DNA of 60,000 nt from Lama glama (Eukaryota), in the NCBI GenBank assembly GCA_028534125.1, contig CM052832.1, forward strand, positions 11,906,001-11,966,000, given 5' to 3'. Position numbers and translations under genes: made by a program. Positions 11,817-23,850 of the stretch are shown here, piece by piece; position 1 is the stretch's first letter; the number at the start of each line of letters is the position of its first letter. The notes below the pieces were generated by a model. The model was not told the origin of the DNA. It saw only the letters and a program-made list of their open reading frames with translations, and did no database searches.

Positions 11817-13044
11817 GAGGGATTTGCGGTCAAGATGGTGGAGTGGTAGGACCACGAGCTTGTCTCTCCTTGTGACTACAGTGAAACCACAACTGAATGC
11901 TAAACAACCATAGAAAAAAAAAGTGGAACCTAGCAAAAAAGACCTTCTACAACTGGAAACATAAAGAGGGAACCACAGCAGGATGGTAGGAGGGGCATGC
12001 TCACTATATGATTGGGCCCCATACCCCCCAGGTGGGCTACCCATAAGCTGAAGATCTGTTAAGTCGCAGAGGCTCTCCCACAGGAGTGAGTGCTCTAAGC
12101 CCCACACCAGGCTCCCCAGCTCGGGTCCTGGCATTGGGAAGAGCAGACCCCAGGACATCTGGTTTTGAAGGCCAGGGGGTCTTGACTCTGGGAGCCTCAT
12201 GGGACTGAGGGAAACGGAGACTCCATTCGCTAAAGAAGTGTACATGGAAACTCACGTGCACCAGGTCCAAGGGCAGAGGCAGTGATTTCATAGGAACCTG
12301 GGCCAGACCTGCCTGCTACATTTGGAAGGTCTCCTGGGGATGTGGGGGATGGCTGCAGCTCACTCAGGGGACATAAAAGCTGGTGGTGGACATTCCAGGA
12401 GTGTTCATCCATATGAGCTTTCCTGGAGGCTGACATCTTGATTGGATCTTTAGCACCAAGACCTAGCCCCACCCAACAGCCTGTAGGGAAGCCTCAGGCC
12501 AAACATCATACAGGGTGGGAGCAGAGCCACACCCATCATCAGACTTCCTAAGCCACAAAGGCCTCTAGACACAGCCCTACCCACCAGAGGTCCAGACCAA
12601 GCTTCACCCAACAGTGGGCAGGCACTGGCTCCTCCTGCCAGGAAACCTGCATAAGCCGCTAGTCCAGCCTCATCCACCAGGGGCAGATACAGGAAATAAG
12701 AAAACAATAATCCCAAAGCCTGTGGAAGGAATCCACAAACACATAGAAAGACAGACAATATGAGGCAGCAAAGGAATATCTCCCAGGCCAAGGCACAAGA
12801 TAAAATCCTAAAAGAAGAAATAAGTGATGAGGAGATAGGTAATTTATCTGAGAAAGTTTAAAGTAATGATGGCCAAGATGTTCAGAGAACTCAAGAGGAG
12901 TATAGATGCACAGAGTGAAGTTTTTAGCAAAGAGTAGGAAAATATAAAGAATACCCAAACAGAGCTGAAGAATAAAATCACTGAAATGAACAATACACTA
13001 GAAGGAACCAAGAACAGACTAAATGAGGTAGAGAACGGATTAGT
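11817..13044 (+). mobile_element. LINE-1 5' end: 5'UTR/promoter plus frameshifted start of ORF1 (ATG ~12760), cut by an assembly gap
   Basis: caagatggtggagt YY1-type start and a GC-richer 5'UTR, then MRQQRNISQAKAQDK..EIGNLSEK/FKVMMAKMFREL..ELKNKITEMNNTLEGTKNRLNEVE, typical of the L1 ORF1 coiled coil. Confidence 0.88.
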
Positions 13045-13544
13045 NNNNNNNNNNNNNNNNNNNNNNNNNNNNNNNNNNNNNNNNNNNNNNNNNNNNNNNN
13101 NNNNNNNNNNNNNNNNNNNNNNNNNNNNNNNNNNNNNNNNNNNNNNNNNNNNNNNNNNNNNNNNNNNNNNNNNNNNNNNNNNNNNNNNNNNNNNNNNNNN
13201 NNNNNNNNNNNNNNNNNNNNNNNNNNNNNNNNNNNNNNNNNNNNNNNNNNNNNNNNNNNNNNNNNNNNNNNNNNNNNNNNNNNNNNNNNNNNNNNNNNNN
13301 NNNNNNNNNNNNNNNNNNNNNNNNNNNNNNNNNNNNNNNNNNNNNNNNNNNNNNNNNNNNNNNNNNNNNNNNNNNNNNNNNNNNNNNNNNNNNNNNNNNN
13401 NNNNNNNNNNNNNNNNNNNNNNNNNNNNNNNNNNNNNNNNNNNNNNNNNNNNNNNNNNNNNNNNNNNNNNNNNNNNNNNNNNNNNNNNNNNNNNNNNNNN
13501 NNNNNNNNNNNNNNNNNNNNNNNNNNNNNNNNNNNNNNNNNNNN
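13045..13544. other. Assembly gap (500 N)
   Basis: Run of N. Confidence 1.
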
Positions 13545-13619
13545 ATATATATATATATAAATCACAAGTAAAGTTAAATAAACCATGGTCCATTTATATT
13601 AATAGATTATATGATATGG

Positions 13620-14064
13620 CGTTATGGGAGGAGGCAGTCCCTGTGGCCCTAAGGGACTCTGCCATCTTGCTGAGAATGCCAAATTGCAAGACCTGCCCTT
13701 TGACCCCCTTGACCCTGTTTCCTTACTGTATAGGCAATTAAGTGGGTGACAGCACCCATGGTTTGCCTAAGAAGCAACTGCTCACTTCCCAGGGGCCAGG
13801 GGACTAACTTGTTTCCTGCTTGCTACAAAAGATGCTGGGCTCTTATCCCTAAATTCTCAGCTCAAAGCTCACTGCCTGCATCTGGGCTCATACTCTTGCC
13901 CAGCAGGCCTTGGGGCCAGAACTGGCCTCCCATGTGATACTCCTGTTGTTTGCTGGGCTGTGAGTAACAAAGAGTCTCTCAGGTCCATCCTTGTCTCATC
14001 ATCTAGTTTTGACACTTAAGGAGTTGTTTATCTTTGCCAGGCTTAATCCTTGCCATCTTTCCAG
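13620..14064 (+). mobile_element. Probable ancient solo LTR
   Basis: A ~445 bp GC-richer block in AT-rich surroundings with a TATA-like tacaaaa, a polyA-like agtaacaaa and a CA end; family not identified. Confidence 0.45.
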
Positions 14065-15276
14065 TCAGAGGTATATCTATATATTCTGATGTAGTAAGAA
14101 ACAAATTACAGACTATCACATCCCTTAAAGGGCCTTAAAGATAATCTATATGGCTTAACCTACAAATTCCTGTTCTGAAAATATATTCTAAAGAGATAAT
14201 ACTAAACATGGACAGACCTTTTGTTCTAAAGATATGCATTACAGTATTAGGTTTGTTAGCACCATAATCCATGCAATAGTTCCATTAACTCTGGGAGAAA
14301 ATTAGGTTCATGGAATATTGACAAATGATAGCACTCCTGAGGATGCCTGAGATATGGGAAAAGTACACCTTCCACAGAGTTTTCTTGAGGCTTAATAGAA
14401 AGAAAATACCATATAGCATATATAAAACATTGAATGGTTATACTGCCCGAGACCCTGAGAGTTAAGTGTCCCTGAAAATACAATGAAAGAATGTATATAA
14501 AAACACTTAGCACAGTGGTACATGGTAATGTCTTAATCAATGCTAGTTATTAGTCGTAGTAGTACGGGATGTAGTAAAGAAAAAAAAAATACTGAACGGG
14601 TAATCAGAGGACCTGAATTTTAGTCCTGGGATTATGCTATGCAATAACTAATTAGTTTTGAAACCCAGATTGTCAAACTGCTCTAGTGCTTGGTGTTATC
14701 ATTTGTAAAATGAAGTACAGGAGATGAGATTATGTCAAAGTTCCCTTCCTGTTGCAAAAATCTGTAACTCCATGTTGTCTGATTTTAAGCTCTATCAACT
14801 GAGAGAAAGATGATACTATTCACAGAAATAAAAACATCCAGACAACCAACTGTAACTATTTAGATGTTGTAAGAAATGTGCAATTAAAGTACACACATTA
14901 TCAATATTTGTTATAATTGTCCTAACGTAGCCACATGATCATATTATCAAATAACAATAAGTAGCCAATCATTCAAGTAAAATATATATATAATTATTGA
15001 ATAACTATCCACAATTCAGTATCTTGAGCTTTTCTCCCAGGATTATTGGTTTATGGCTGAAGCAGAACACTCATGCTGTGTTTAGTTGTCCATTCTATTT
15101 GGTTAAAAAAAAAAGAATACCAATGTAGAAATCTAAACATCTAACAAGAGGAACCTAGGAAACTAATAAAACAATGTTAATTAAGGAGAATTGACTCTTT
15201 CATAAAAGTATACTCTGAGTAGATTTCCTAATCTTAATTTTACTAACAAAAAAAGAAAAAACATGTATATGCCCCT

Positions 15277-15715
15277 TGCAGTGGGATGAATTGTGTCCCC
15301 CCCAAAATATGTTCAAATATGTCTGTGAATGTGACCTTATTTGGAAACTGTCTTTGGAGATGTAGTTAAGGATCTCAATGTGAGATCATCCTGGATCTAC
15401 AGTGGGCTCTTAATCCTATGGCTGGTGGCCTAGAAGAGAAGGGGAGAGGGATTTCAGACACAGGTAAAAAGGCTATGTGAAGACCCAGGCAGAGATTGGA
15501 GTTACACTGCCACAAACCAAGGAACACGTGGAGCCACCCAAAGCTGGAAGAGGCAGGGAAGGATTCTCCCTTAGAGCCGTTGAAGGGAGTTTAGCCCTGC
15601 TCACAACTTGATTTCACACTTCTAGCTTTCAGAATTATGAAAGAGTCAATTTCTGTTGTTTTAAACCACCAAGTTTTTGGTAAGTTGTTAACATCAGTTC
15701 TAGTAAACGAATACC
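15277..15715 (+). mobile_element. MLT1B/C-like MaLR solo LTR
   Basis: tgcagtgggatgaattgtgtcccc...gtgaatgtgaccttatttggaaa...aagctggaagaggcagggaaggattctccc...aatttctgttgttttaaaccacc. Confidence 0.85.
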
Positions 15716-16580
15716 CCTTCGGCCAAAAAAGGAAACACTTGTAAACTCTATTTGGAATTTGTGTCTTCTCAAATAGTGACTGTTGTAAACTATTCATTCC
15801 TCACTACTGCTGCCTTACCTTTTGTTTCTGATATGGTGCTTATTACTTTTAAGCTTCTTTAAAGTATATTATACAATAGTTGAGATATATAGAGAGGTAC
15901 AAATAATACAACAACAATCCATTTACCCAACATCCAGCTTAAATTATAAAACAATGTCAAAACATTTAAATTGCCAGTATATCCCTCCCCTTTGGCTTCC
16001 TCTGTTGCTGCCTAAAGGAAATCACGTTCCTGCATTTGGAGTTGTTTATCCCCAGGCACTTCCTGATGCCATTACTGGATGTGTATTTAGCCCTAAGCAA
16101 TACATTATACTGTTGCATAGTTTAAAACTTTGCAAAAATTGTACTGTGTCATATGAATTCTTCTACAACTTTTAATTATTTCATTTCTATTTAAGACATT
16201 TATCCATATTGGAATATGTTCCTCAGATTCATTCATTTTCACTTATGAATATTATTCCACTGTATAAAAATAACACAATCTGTCTTGAATATTTAGGTTT
16301 TATCAATTTTTTTTTATATTCAAACCTTGTCTCTTATACTTAGAATGTAGGCATAATAATCCTCTGGGACATGTACTTAGTAGCGGGTACTAGGGTGTAT
16401 TATCTTTAATTCACTAGGTACTGTCATGTTATTTTCCAAAGTGTTTATAATTTAGGTTTCCACAGTAAATATTGCTCCTTGTTCACACCAACACTTGATA
16501 GTGATAGACTTTGAATTTTTAAGTTTTTGTCAAACAGAAGAGCATGAAAGGGACCTCATTTTTATATTAAATTGCATTCC

Positions 16581-16621
16581 TTGTGAAATGACTATAACTC
16601 AATTAAAAAAAAAGTAAAAAA
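16581..16621 (+). mobile_element. 41-bp extremely 5'-truncated young L1 tail with 12-bp target-site duplication
   Basis: ttgtgaaatgactataactcaattaaaaaa matches the L1 ends at 33.4k, 40.1k and 55.1k; flanked by aaattgcattcc at 16569-16580 and 16622-16633. Confidence 0.85.
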
Positions 16622-17177
16622 AAATTGCATTCCCTGTTTACCAGTGAGTTAGAGCATTTTCTCATGTGCGTATTAGCTATTTGTGTTTCCTCTTTCGTAA
16701 ACTGCCTGTTTTTCTCTTTTGCCATTTTCTTCTTTTGAGTTACCTTTTTCTCATTGATTTGTAAGAGTTTTTACATATTATGGATGCTGATCTTTTTGTT
16801 GACTTTGTGTGTTGCCCATATCTTCTCTCACTGCGGTTTGTCTTTTTACTTTTTTATGGTGTATTTCAGTTAAAATACTTTTTTATTTTATATTTGGTGC
16901 TTTTACATCTCACTAAGAAATTTCTACCATGATTTCAAAAGGATACTGTCTGATATTTTATTCTTTATGTTTTTAAGCTTTGCCTTTTCACTTTTATATC
17001 TTAAGTACACTTGGACTTTGTTTTTTCTTTATGGTATGAAATGGAGGAATATGATTTTTTTTCCATATAGATAAACGATGGTGTCCTAGCACCATTCATT
17101 GAAAAAGTCATCTTTTCCCCACTGATCTGCAGTAATAGCTCTGATCTTTATCAAGTTTGCATGTGTATATGTGTGTG

Positions 17178-17718
17178 TGTGTTAGTTGTGTATTCCTGCA
17201 CAACAAATTACTCCAAAACTTAGCAGCTAAAAACAACAAACATTAATTATCTCATAGTTTCTGTGAGTTAGGAATCAGAGTGATCTAGCCAGGTAGTTCT
17301 AGCTCAAGGTTTCTCACAAAATCAAAATTAAGGGATCAACCAGGGCAGCAGTCATCTCAAAGTTCTCCTAGGAGAGGAGCCACTTCCAAGCTTACTCACA
17401 TGGCTGCTGGCAAGCCTCAGGTCTTCACTGGATGTTGACAAGAGACACGTGAGTCTCTCCATAGTGTTGCTCACAACATGACACTTGCTCACCCTCTGAG
17501 TGAGATATTGGAGAAAAAGAAAATAAGAGAGAGCTCCCAAGACAAGAATCACAGTTTTTATATAATCTAACTCAGAAGTGATATCCCATCACTTCTGCCA
17601 TCTTCTATTCCTTAGAATTGAGTCACTAAATCCACACTCAAAGGAGGGGGATAACACAAGAGCATAAATACCAGGAGGTGGGGGTCATTGGAGCCATCTT
17701 AGAGCTGCTTATCGCAGT
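17178..17718 (-). mobile_element. MLT1 (F/G-like) LTR nested in the old L1
   Basis: tgttagttg...caacaaattactccaaaacttagcagctaaaaacaac...catcacttctgccatcttctattc...ggagccatcttagag. Confidence 0.75.
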
Positions 17719-19697
17719 TTTCATTTATTGGTCTATACCAGTGCCATTACCACATTATCCTACTGTAGCCTTGTACTAAATCTTGTTATCTGGATGGGTA
17801 GGTTCCCTACTTATTTATTCTTCAAATGTGTCTTACCTATTTAGGGCTCTGAAAACAGAATCTAGAATCTAGCTTACTCAGTTCATTGAAAAACCTGTCA
17901 GGATTTTTATTGGAATTGCATTACATTAATGGACTACTTTATAAGTGAATCAGTATTTTATGATGTTGAGTCTTCCTATCGATTTACATGGTTTATCTTG
18001 CACATATTCTAGTAAGTTCACCAGAGGTGTTAGAGTGAAAACCCAGTTTGGAATGTCTTTTCAATAAAATATCTCTGACAAAATCTATTTTGTCTGGGCC
18101 TCCTATGCAAAAACTCAGTGGCAATGCACAGTGTATGGCATGCACAGAGGATTAATGTATTGCCTCAGTTCCTGGGTTTAGCAGCTTCAAGGTCTGTCCC
18201 CATGTCCAAGTTCTGTACTTCTAGTACACTGAGTTTTGATGACTTATTTCTCAGTAAGGTAGTACCAGGTATGCACAAAATTTCTATTGAAATTCTTATA
18301 ATGCCTACATTTTTGCACTGGACATGTATGGTTCAATTTGCCCAGCAACTCTCTTTTCTTATCAGGACAGCATCCCTTTTCTTTTGGAGAACTGCTTTGC
18401 CTTCCAACTCCAACCAGGTGATTCTAATCCAGGTTGTCAATCACAGGTCCCACTGTAGGCCAATCATAGGCTTCTCCCTGGATTTTATCAAAATTGGAAT
18501 TCAGGGAAAATTTTCACTTCCTCTCTGTTGACAGGCTGAGAGGCTGAGAGCTCCAGGTTTCTAGACTTGCGGAGAAAGTGTGTCTGACAAAATAAAGCTG
18601 AGATGAAGAAGGAAGATGAGATGAGAGATGGAGACATCTTGGTGGTGGCTAGGTGCCTGGAGCTAGAAGCTTGGTGCCAGCTTCATCCCTGTCCTGCTTT
18701 AATTGGATTAGGTGAGCCAATAAATTCCCATTTTTGCCCATCCCCCTGAAACCAAAATTCCTGACATCCGTCTTCTTGCTGAAATACATAGACCCTCCTA
18801 GTCACTTAAAAACTATCAAATCTCATTCCTCATTCATTTATTAACATAAAGTCCTTTTCTAAATTATGTTTACATTAATCATGATTATTTAGTCTTTAAA
18901 CAACAAGTATTTATTCAGAATCTACTATGTGCCAGTCATCAAAGAACAGAGTGATGACTGTCTTCCAATGAACACAGTTAAAATATGTGCCTTAGCAAAG
19001 TTAACGTAAAACATACTGCAAGTTAGAGATATTTGGATAAATAGTAAAACCATGACTTAAATCTCATTTGATTCTCACCAAAGTGCTGCAAGAGAGCTCA
19101 GAGAAGGGTCAGTAATTATTCCAAGATTTTGCAGCTAATAAATAATGGAACCAAAACTTGAACCTAGGTTTTTAACTAAGTCAGAGTTGTTTTAATTATC
19201 CTGTGCTACTTAAATTGAGAAAACAAAGACTTTCGGATCCTTATCATTTAAAAATTGTAACTCTCAATTCTCTTTCCATCAGATTTCTACTTCCTACGAC
19301 GTTGAAGCCCTGCAGTTACTGAACTCTAACAGTGAACCACCAAGTAACAGAGAGAAACCACGCTTTCCAGCTGGCAGGGTTTTTCGGTGAGTTTTTTTGT
19401 TTTTTGTTTTTTCTTTTTCTTTTTCTTTCTTTCTTTTTATTTTTCGCTCAAGAGATCCTCCATTATACGCAAAGCACCTTGGGAGTTGTAGTCGTCAGCT
19501 TAGAGCCTTGTGGCCGGAGGCGCCGACTCACTGGGACCCAATCAGCAGAGAGCCAACTTGCTCTCCGCGCAGTGATTGGCTGGGAGGCAGCGGCCGTCCG
19601 CCCCCACAGCGCCGACGCGCCGTCGCGCCGTCGCAAGTCAGGGGCTTGGTGGCCCGGCTGAGCGCGGGTGTTGCAGTGTTCCCGGGCTCCGACGTTC

Positions 19698-19708
19698 GTG
19701 ATACGGCA
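19698..19708 (+). promoter_or_regulatory. GLO1: Antioxidant response element (NRF2 site) in the GLO1 5'UTR, GTGATACGGCA
   Basis: Fits RTGAYnnnGCA and lies at -19 to -9 from the ATG, where the functional human GLO1 ARE is described. Confidence 0.7.
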
Positions 19709-19716
19709 GTGTAGCC

Positions 19717-19800
19717 ATGGCAGAACCGCAGCCGGCATCCGGCGGCCTCACCGACGAGGCCGCCCTCAGCTGCTGCTCCGACCCGGACCCTAGCACCAAG
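19717..19800 (+). CDS. GLO1: GLO1 exon 1: [28 protein letters not shown]
   Basis: Strong Kozak gccATGG, AAG|gtgggc donor, canonical glyoxalase I N-terminus. Confidence 0.98.
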
Positions 19801-21169
19801 GTGGGCGCAGAACCTAATTCTGCCGGTTCGGGCCTCTGCGTGGCGTAGCTGGGGCCCCCGGAGGGAGCTGATTCCTCGGCGCAGCCAAGCTTGGCTTGGG
19901 CTGGATGATTAGAACTCTGGCCTCTGCTTGTAGCTCCGCCCGCCTTGGGCGAGCCAGAGAGGGTTGGGACGCGGGCCAGTGGTGTGGGATTTGTGAGGGG
20001 ATCCATTTCTTCAAGTTTGAAAGACTTCGACCCCACTTGCGTTAACTTTGATTTGGGACGGTATCTGGAAACCTCGGCCAGCCTAGGGTCAGAGCCCTTG
20101 TCTGTGGGAATGCGTGTTCCCTCAGAGCAATAGTCGTGACGGGTAAGAAGAGCATTTTGGGAGGTTCTAAAGCCTTTGTATATGTGCCGGCTCCTCCCAG
20201 CCTGGGTCGTTTTTCTGTAACTGCCCTGGCTCCGAGTTTAACCTCTCCAAATCAATTTGATTGCATTTGACTTTAAACGCGCCCAGAATTTCGCTTTGGG
20301 TTGACTGTTACACGGTCGCTCATGGCACACTTCTGCCCCCCGGTCCCCATGCTTGATGGCCCCAGAAAAGATGACAGAATCTTGGATCTCAGTTCCGCGG
20401 GGAATCTTAGAAATTCCTTCCTTCTCATTGCGGCTGATAGCCAATAAGGGGAATGACTGGTTGCATATGAAGGCTTTCATCCCTTCAGCTTGCTTAACGT
20501 GTCTGCACTGAGAGTCAGCTTAACTCACTCAGGTGTGGTGCTTCTGTGCGTTGTCAAGATTAGACACAGCAGCCGAGGGGGTGGAGGGGGAGGGGGAGGG
20601 GGAGCGGGGGATTACTCCAGTGTACTCATCACTGTCAGTAAACGCCTTTGTATTTATTCATTTGACTGGGGAAGTTATGAATTCCTTGAAGATTGAGTAT
20701 GTGCTTTACACAGACCTCCAAGACAGGTGGATGACTTTGGTCCCTAGTCTTTACTTGCTCTTTGCCTTCAGGGTGAAGAGTCAGCACTTATAATTACTAA
20801 AGCCTTTGACTAGGATCTGATAGTACTTAGCTTAAGAAAATGTTAGTCACTGCAGAATTAAGATAGAAGAAATAAATATGTACATTTCCTCTCACATTCT
20901 TGCTTTTATACTCGCTAATGTTTATACAAGTTGTTTCACATAATATAGATTGAGTCACTTAGTATAAATTGATTTCACAGATAATTGGGAATTTTATGTA
21001 CTAGACTATTAAAAAGCATTTCAAGGAGAGCTTTATAAAATTGATTGAATATAGTTTCTTGCATTCTTAATTTGCACTGTGCACAATCTTAATTTCTCTT
21101 GATTTGGAGTAATAAATACTTTTTTGAGATTAGTCATTTTGGGTCTTTGAAGCACCATATGGGGGACAT

Positions 21170-23850
21170 TAAATGAAATATGTAATAACAGCTGGTATAT
21201 GTTGAGTGTGCCAGGCCCTGTTTTTTTATTTTAAATACTTAATCCTCACAACCACCATGTAAGGAAGGCATAATTATCTCCATTTTACATGTAAGGAGAC
21301 AGTGGCACAGAGGTGTTGAGTGATTTGCCAAGGGAAGCGCACACACTCCCAGCCTCCACCCTATTCTGCTTCCAGAGTACTGACTACAGCAGTGATTTTG
21401 GATCTTAACATGAAGGAAGGTAAAAAAAAAAAAAAAGCTTAAGTGAGTTAATTCAGCCTGATCACTGATCACCTGCTTTATGGAAAGAGCATGGTAGGTA
21501 CCTTGGGGGATATTGGGATGAACAAGATGAAGTTCCTCTCTTCGCCAGACATACACCAACTCTAACATAAGATAGAACTGGGATTATGTGCTACTGAAAT
21601 TATAAAACACTGTGGGAGCACAGGAGGTAGAGGTTTTCAAAGGTGGCATCTGTGGTAAAGTATGCACAGGGTATTTGGAGTCTGAAGACCTACGTTTGAA
21701 TCCCCAGTTCTATTGTTGGCTGCATTGATCTCAGCAGGGCACTTGGGCTTAGTTTGTAAAAGCAGCATAAAGAGAGCTGCTATAAGGAGAAAATGTATCA
21801 TCGATCTCTCAGCTATGAAAAGCAATATAATTTAAGGTTGTATTTCAACTGTGAGGATCAGGGAATGCATCAAGCAGAAGGTAGGGGTGAGCCCAGACCT
21901 TGAAAAATGGATGGGATCCCAGCATCACATGGGAGGGCATTCTAGATGGAGGAAACATCTGAGCAAAAATGTGATGGGATGACAGAAAGGTGCAGTGTGC
22001 AGCGTGTTCTGGAGAGATGAGTGATGTGTTTTGGGTTCAACTTCAATTTATCTGAGCAGTGGAGCAGTGGTGGAAAAGACTAGAATGGTAGGTTGGAGTC
22101 AGATCATGGAGAGAGCTTTGAATATCACTTCTAAGAAAGTTGGATTTTGTATAGTTAGTGAGGAACCATTCTGGATTTCAAATCACTCAATAGAGTAGAT
22201 TGGAGGGATCCAAGCCTGGAGGTGATGAGGATATCTAAAAGGCCCTTTTAGAAGGTGAGATAAATGATGAGGGCCTGGTTTAGAAAGGAGAGAACAGCTG
22301 TTATAGAAAGTCAACTTGCTTGTTGATCACTGGCATCTTTGTCATAAAGACAGACCAGAAAATGTACGGCTGCACCACATCCTGGGCAGTCTTACCTCAT
22401 TAACTTTCTTCAAAAGTCCAAATACTTCTTTTCCCAACTAGTGATCCCCTGAAATTCATTCTTTTTTACTGCCTCTATCAGTGTCCTTTTATACAGTTAT
22501 TTGGAGTTTCTTCCCATCTGAATCGTAGTTGATGGGATCAGAGAAAACTTTCAGTGTTGGTGACGCTTCAGCTGAGTTTTACCAAATGTAGGGGAGGTAG
22601 CTAGGTAGAGCTGGGTGCAGGGATTGAGGGAAGAAAGAATGGAAAGGAGGAAGGAAGAAGGACAGTGGCCAGATGGATGACAAACTGTTTTAGGCAGAGA
22701 GAATCATCGTATACATAAAAGCATAGTGACATCAGAGAACTGATGAAGGGACCTACAGGTATACAGTGAAACTGAAGTTATAGGCAGTGGGAGTTGAGGG
22801 GTTGTTGTCCCAAAACAATCATCAGGATGCTCGAAGAAAATATGAGCATTCCCATTGTGTTTGTTTTTCTCATCCTGTGAAGATTTCTATTTGGTAAGTG
22901 TATTTGATAATATGTATGTTTTAACAGTATAGTTTTATGTGTTTATTATTAAAATAAATATACATTTATGGGAGGGTGCAGGCTTTTTTTAACTTTAACT
23001 GATAAGGGAATGAAATCAGAACTGTTTAAGATGACCAGTTTAGTGGACTGGTGACAAAAGATGAAGTTAGAGAAATATGCAGCAACCATACATACTTACT
23101 TTTGGGACTTTGTCTTAAAAGTTGTGAGGCACCACTGAAGGATTGATTTTTAACCCCAAAATGACACAATTGGGTTTCCATTATAGAAAGACCAGTCTGG
23201 GAGCATTATAGGAAGGTCACTCTGGGTTGCATTTGGGTAAGACTGCAAGAAGTAGACCAGCAAGGCTTTGACAGTTGTCCAGTCAGGAAGTAGTGAGGAT
23301 ATTGGGAAAGCAAGGAGAAAGAGTCCAGAGGGACTCACCAGTCAGGTTGATCAGACGTTTGGACTGGATTGCAAAGAGAGTAGGGAGGGATCTAGGAAGA
23401 CTCCAGATGTCTGACTTGGGCTAACAAGAGATTCTAGAGTCATTCCCTATTTGGGGATTAGGATAGAGTGTTTATTTGGGCTGTGATTAATTTGATATTT
23501 GACCCAAGTGGAAGTGTTGAGCAGGCTGATGGAGATGTAAATCTAGAGCTGAGATTAGAGGTGTGGGCTGGGGAATGCAGATTTGGGAATCAAAAGCTAT
23601 AGTTGGTAGTAGAAACTCTGCATGTATTTTATACTAACAACAACAGGAGCAATAATAAGCAGAGTAGCTTCCTCTGGGACAGGTACTATGCTAAGCACTT
23701 TCATGCATTATCCCTTTTATTTTTCAGCTCAGTCCTAAGAGCTAAGAACTGTAATTATCCCCATTCTAAAGATGTGAAAGCTGAGGTTCAAGAAAACTAA
23801 TGATTTACTCAAGATAAGAGTGGTAGAGCTAGCATTTGAACCATATTGCC
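21170..23850. mobile_element. Cluster of ancient MIR and L2 fragments in GLO1 intron 1
   Basis: MIR cores at ~21230-21340, ~21650-21790 and ~23670-23850; L2-like purine-rich tracts (atcagggaatgcatc...gaccttgaa, gaaagaccagtctgg, gactccagatgtctgacttggg). Confidence 0.6.

Larger units (their letters stand above)
15860..18010 (-). mobile_element. Old antisense L1 (L1M-type) fragment interrupted by younger insertions
   Basis: T-rich antisense L1 3'/ORF2 motifs (gagcattttctcatgtg, tagcaccattcattgaaaa, ttttattggaattgcatt). Confidence 0.7.
19490..20420 (+). promoter_or_regulatory. GLO1: GLO1 CpG-island promoter: CCAAT (19538-19542), inverted CCAAT (19575-19579), GC box (19598-19603), no TATA
   Basis: Dense CpG/GC-rich sequence surrounding GLO1 exon 1; motifs read directly. 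Confidence 0.88.

Noticed and set aside
11769..12958. Several 80-158 aa antisense ORFs (ORF0-like?)
   Set aside because: All lie within the GC-richer L1 5'UTR/ORF1 antisense strand, where open frames are expected, and none resembles a known protein.
12844..13741. Long ORFs of 200-330 aa here and at 32210-33208
   Set aside because: Artefacts of reading through N gaps.
19332..20133. Overlapping ORFs on both strands around GLO1 exon 1
   Set aside because: Stop-poor CpG-island sequence; only the 28-codon GLO1 exon has homology and splice support.
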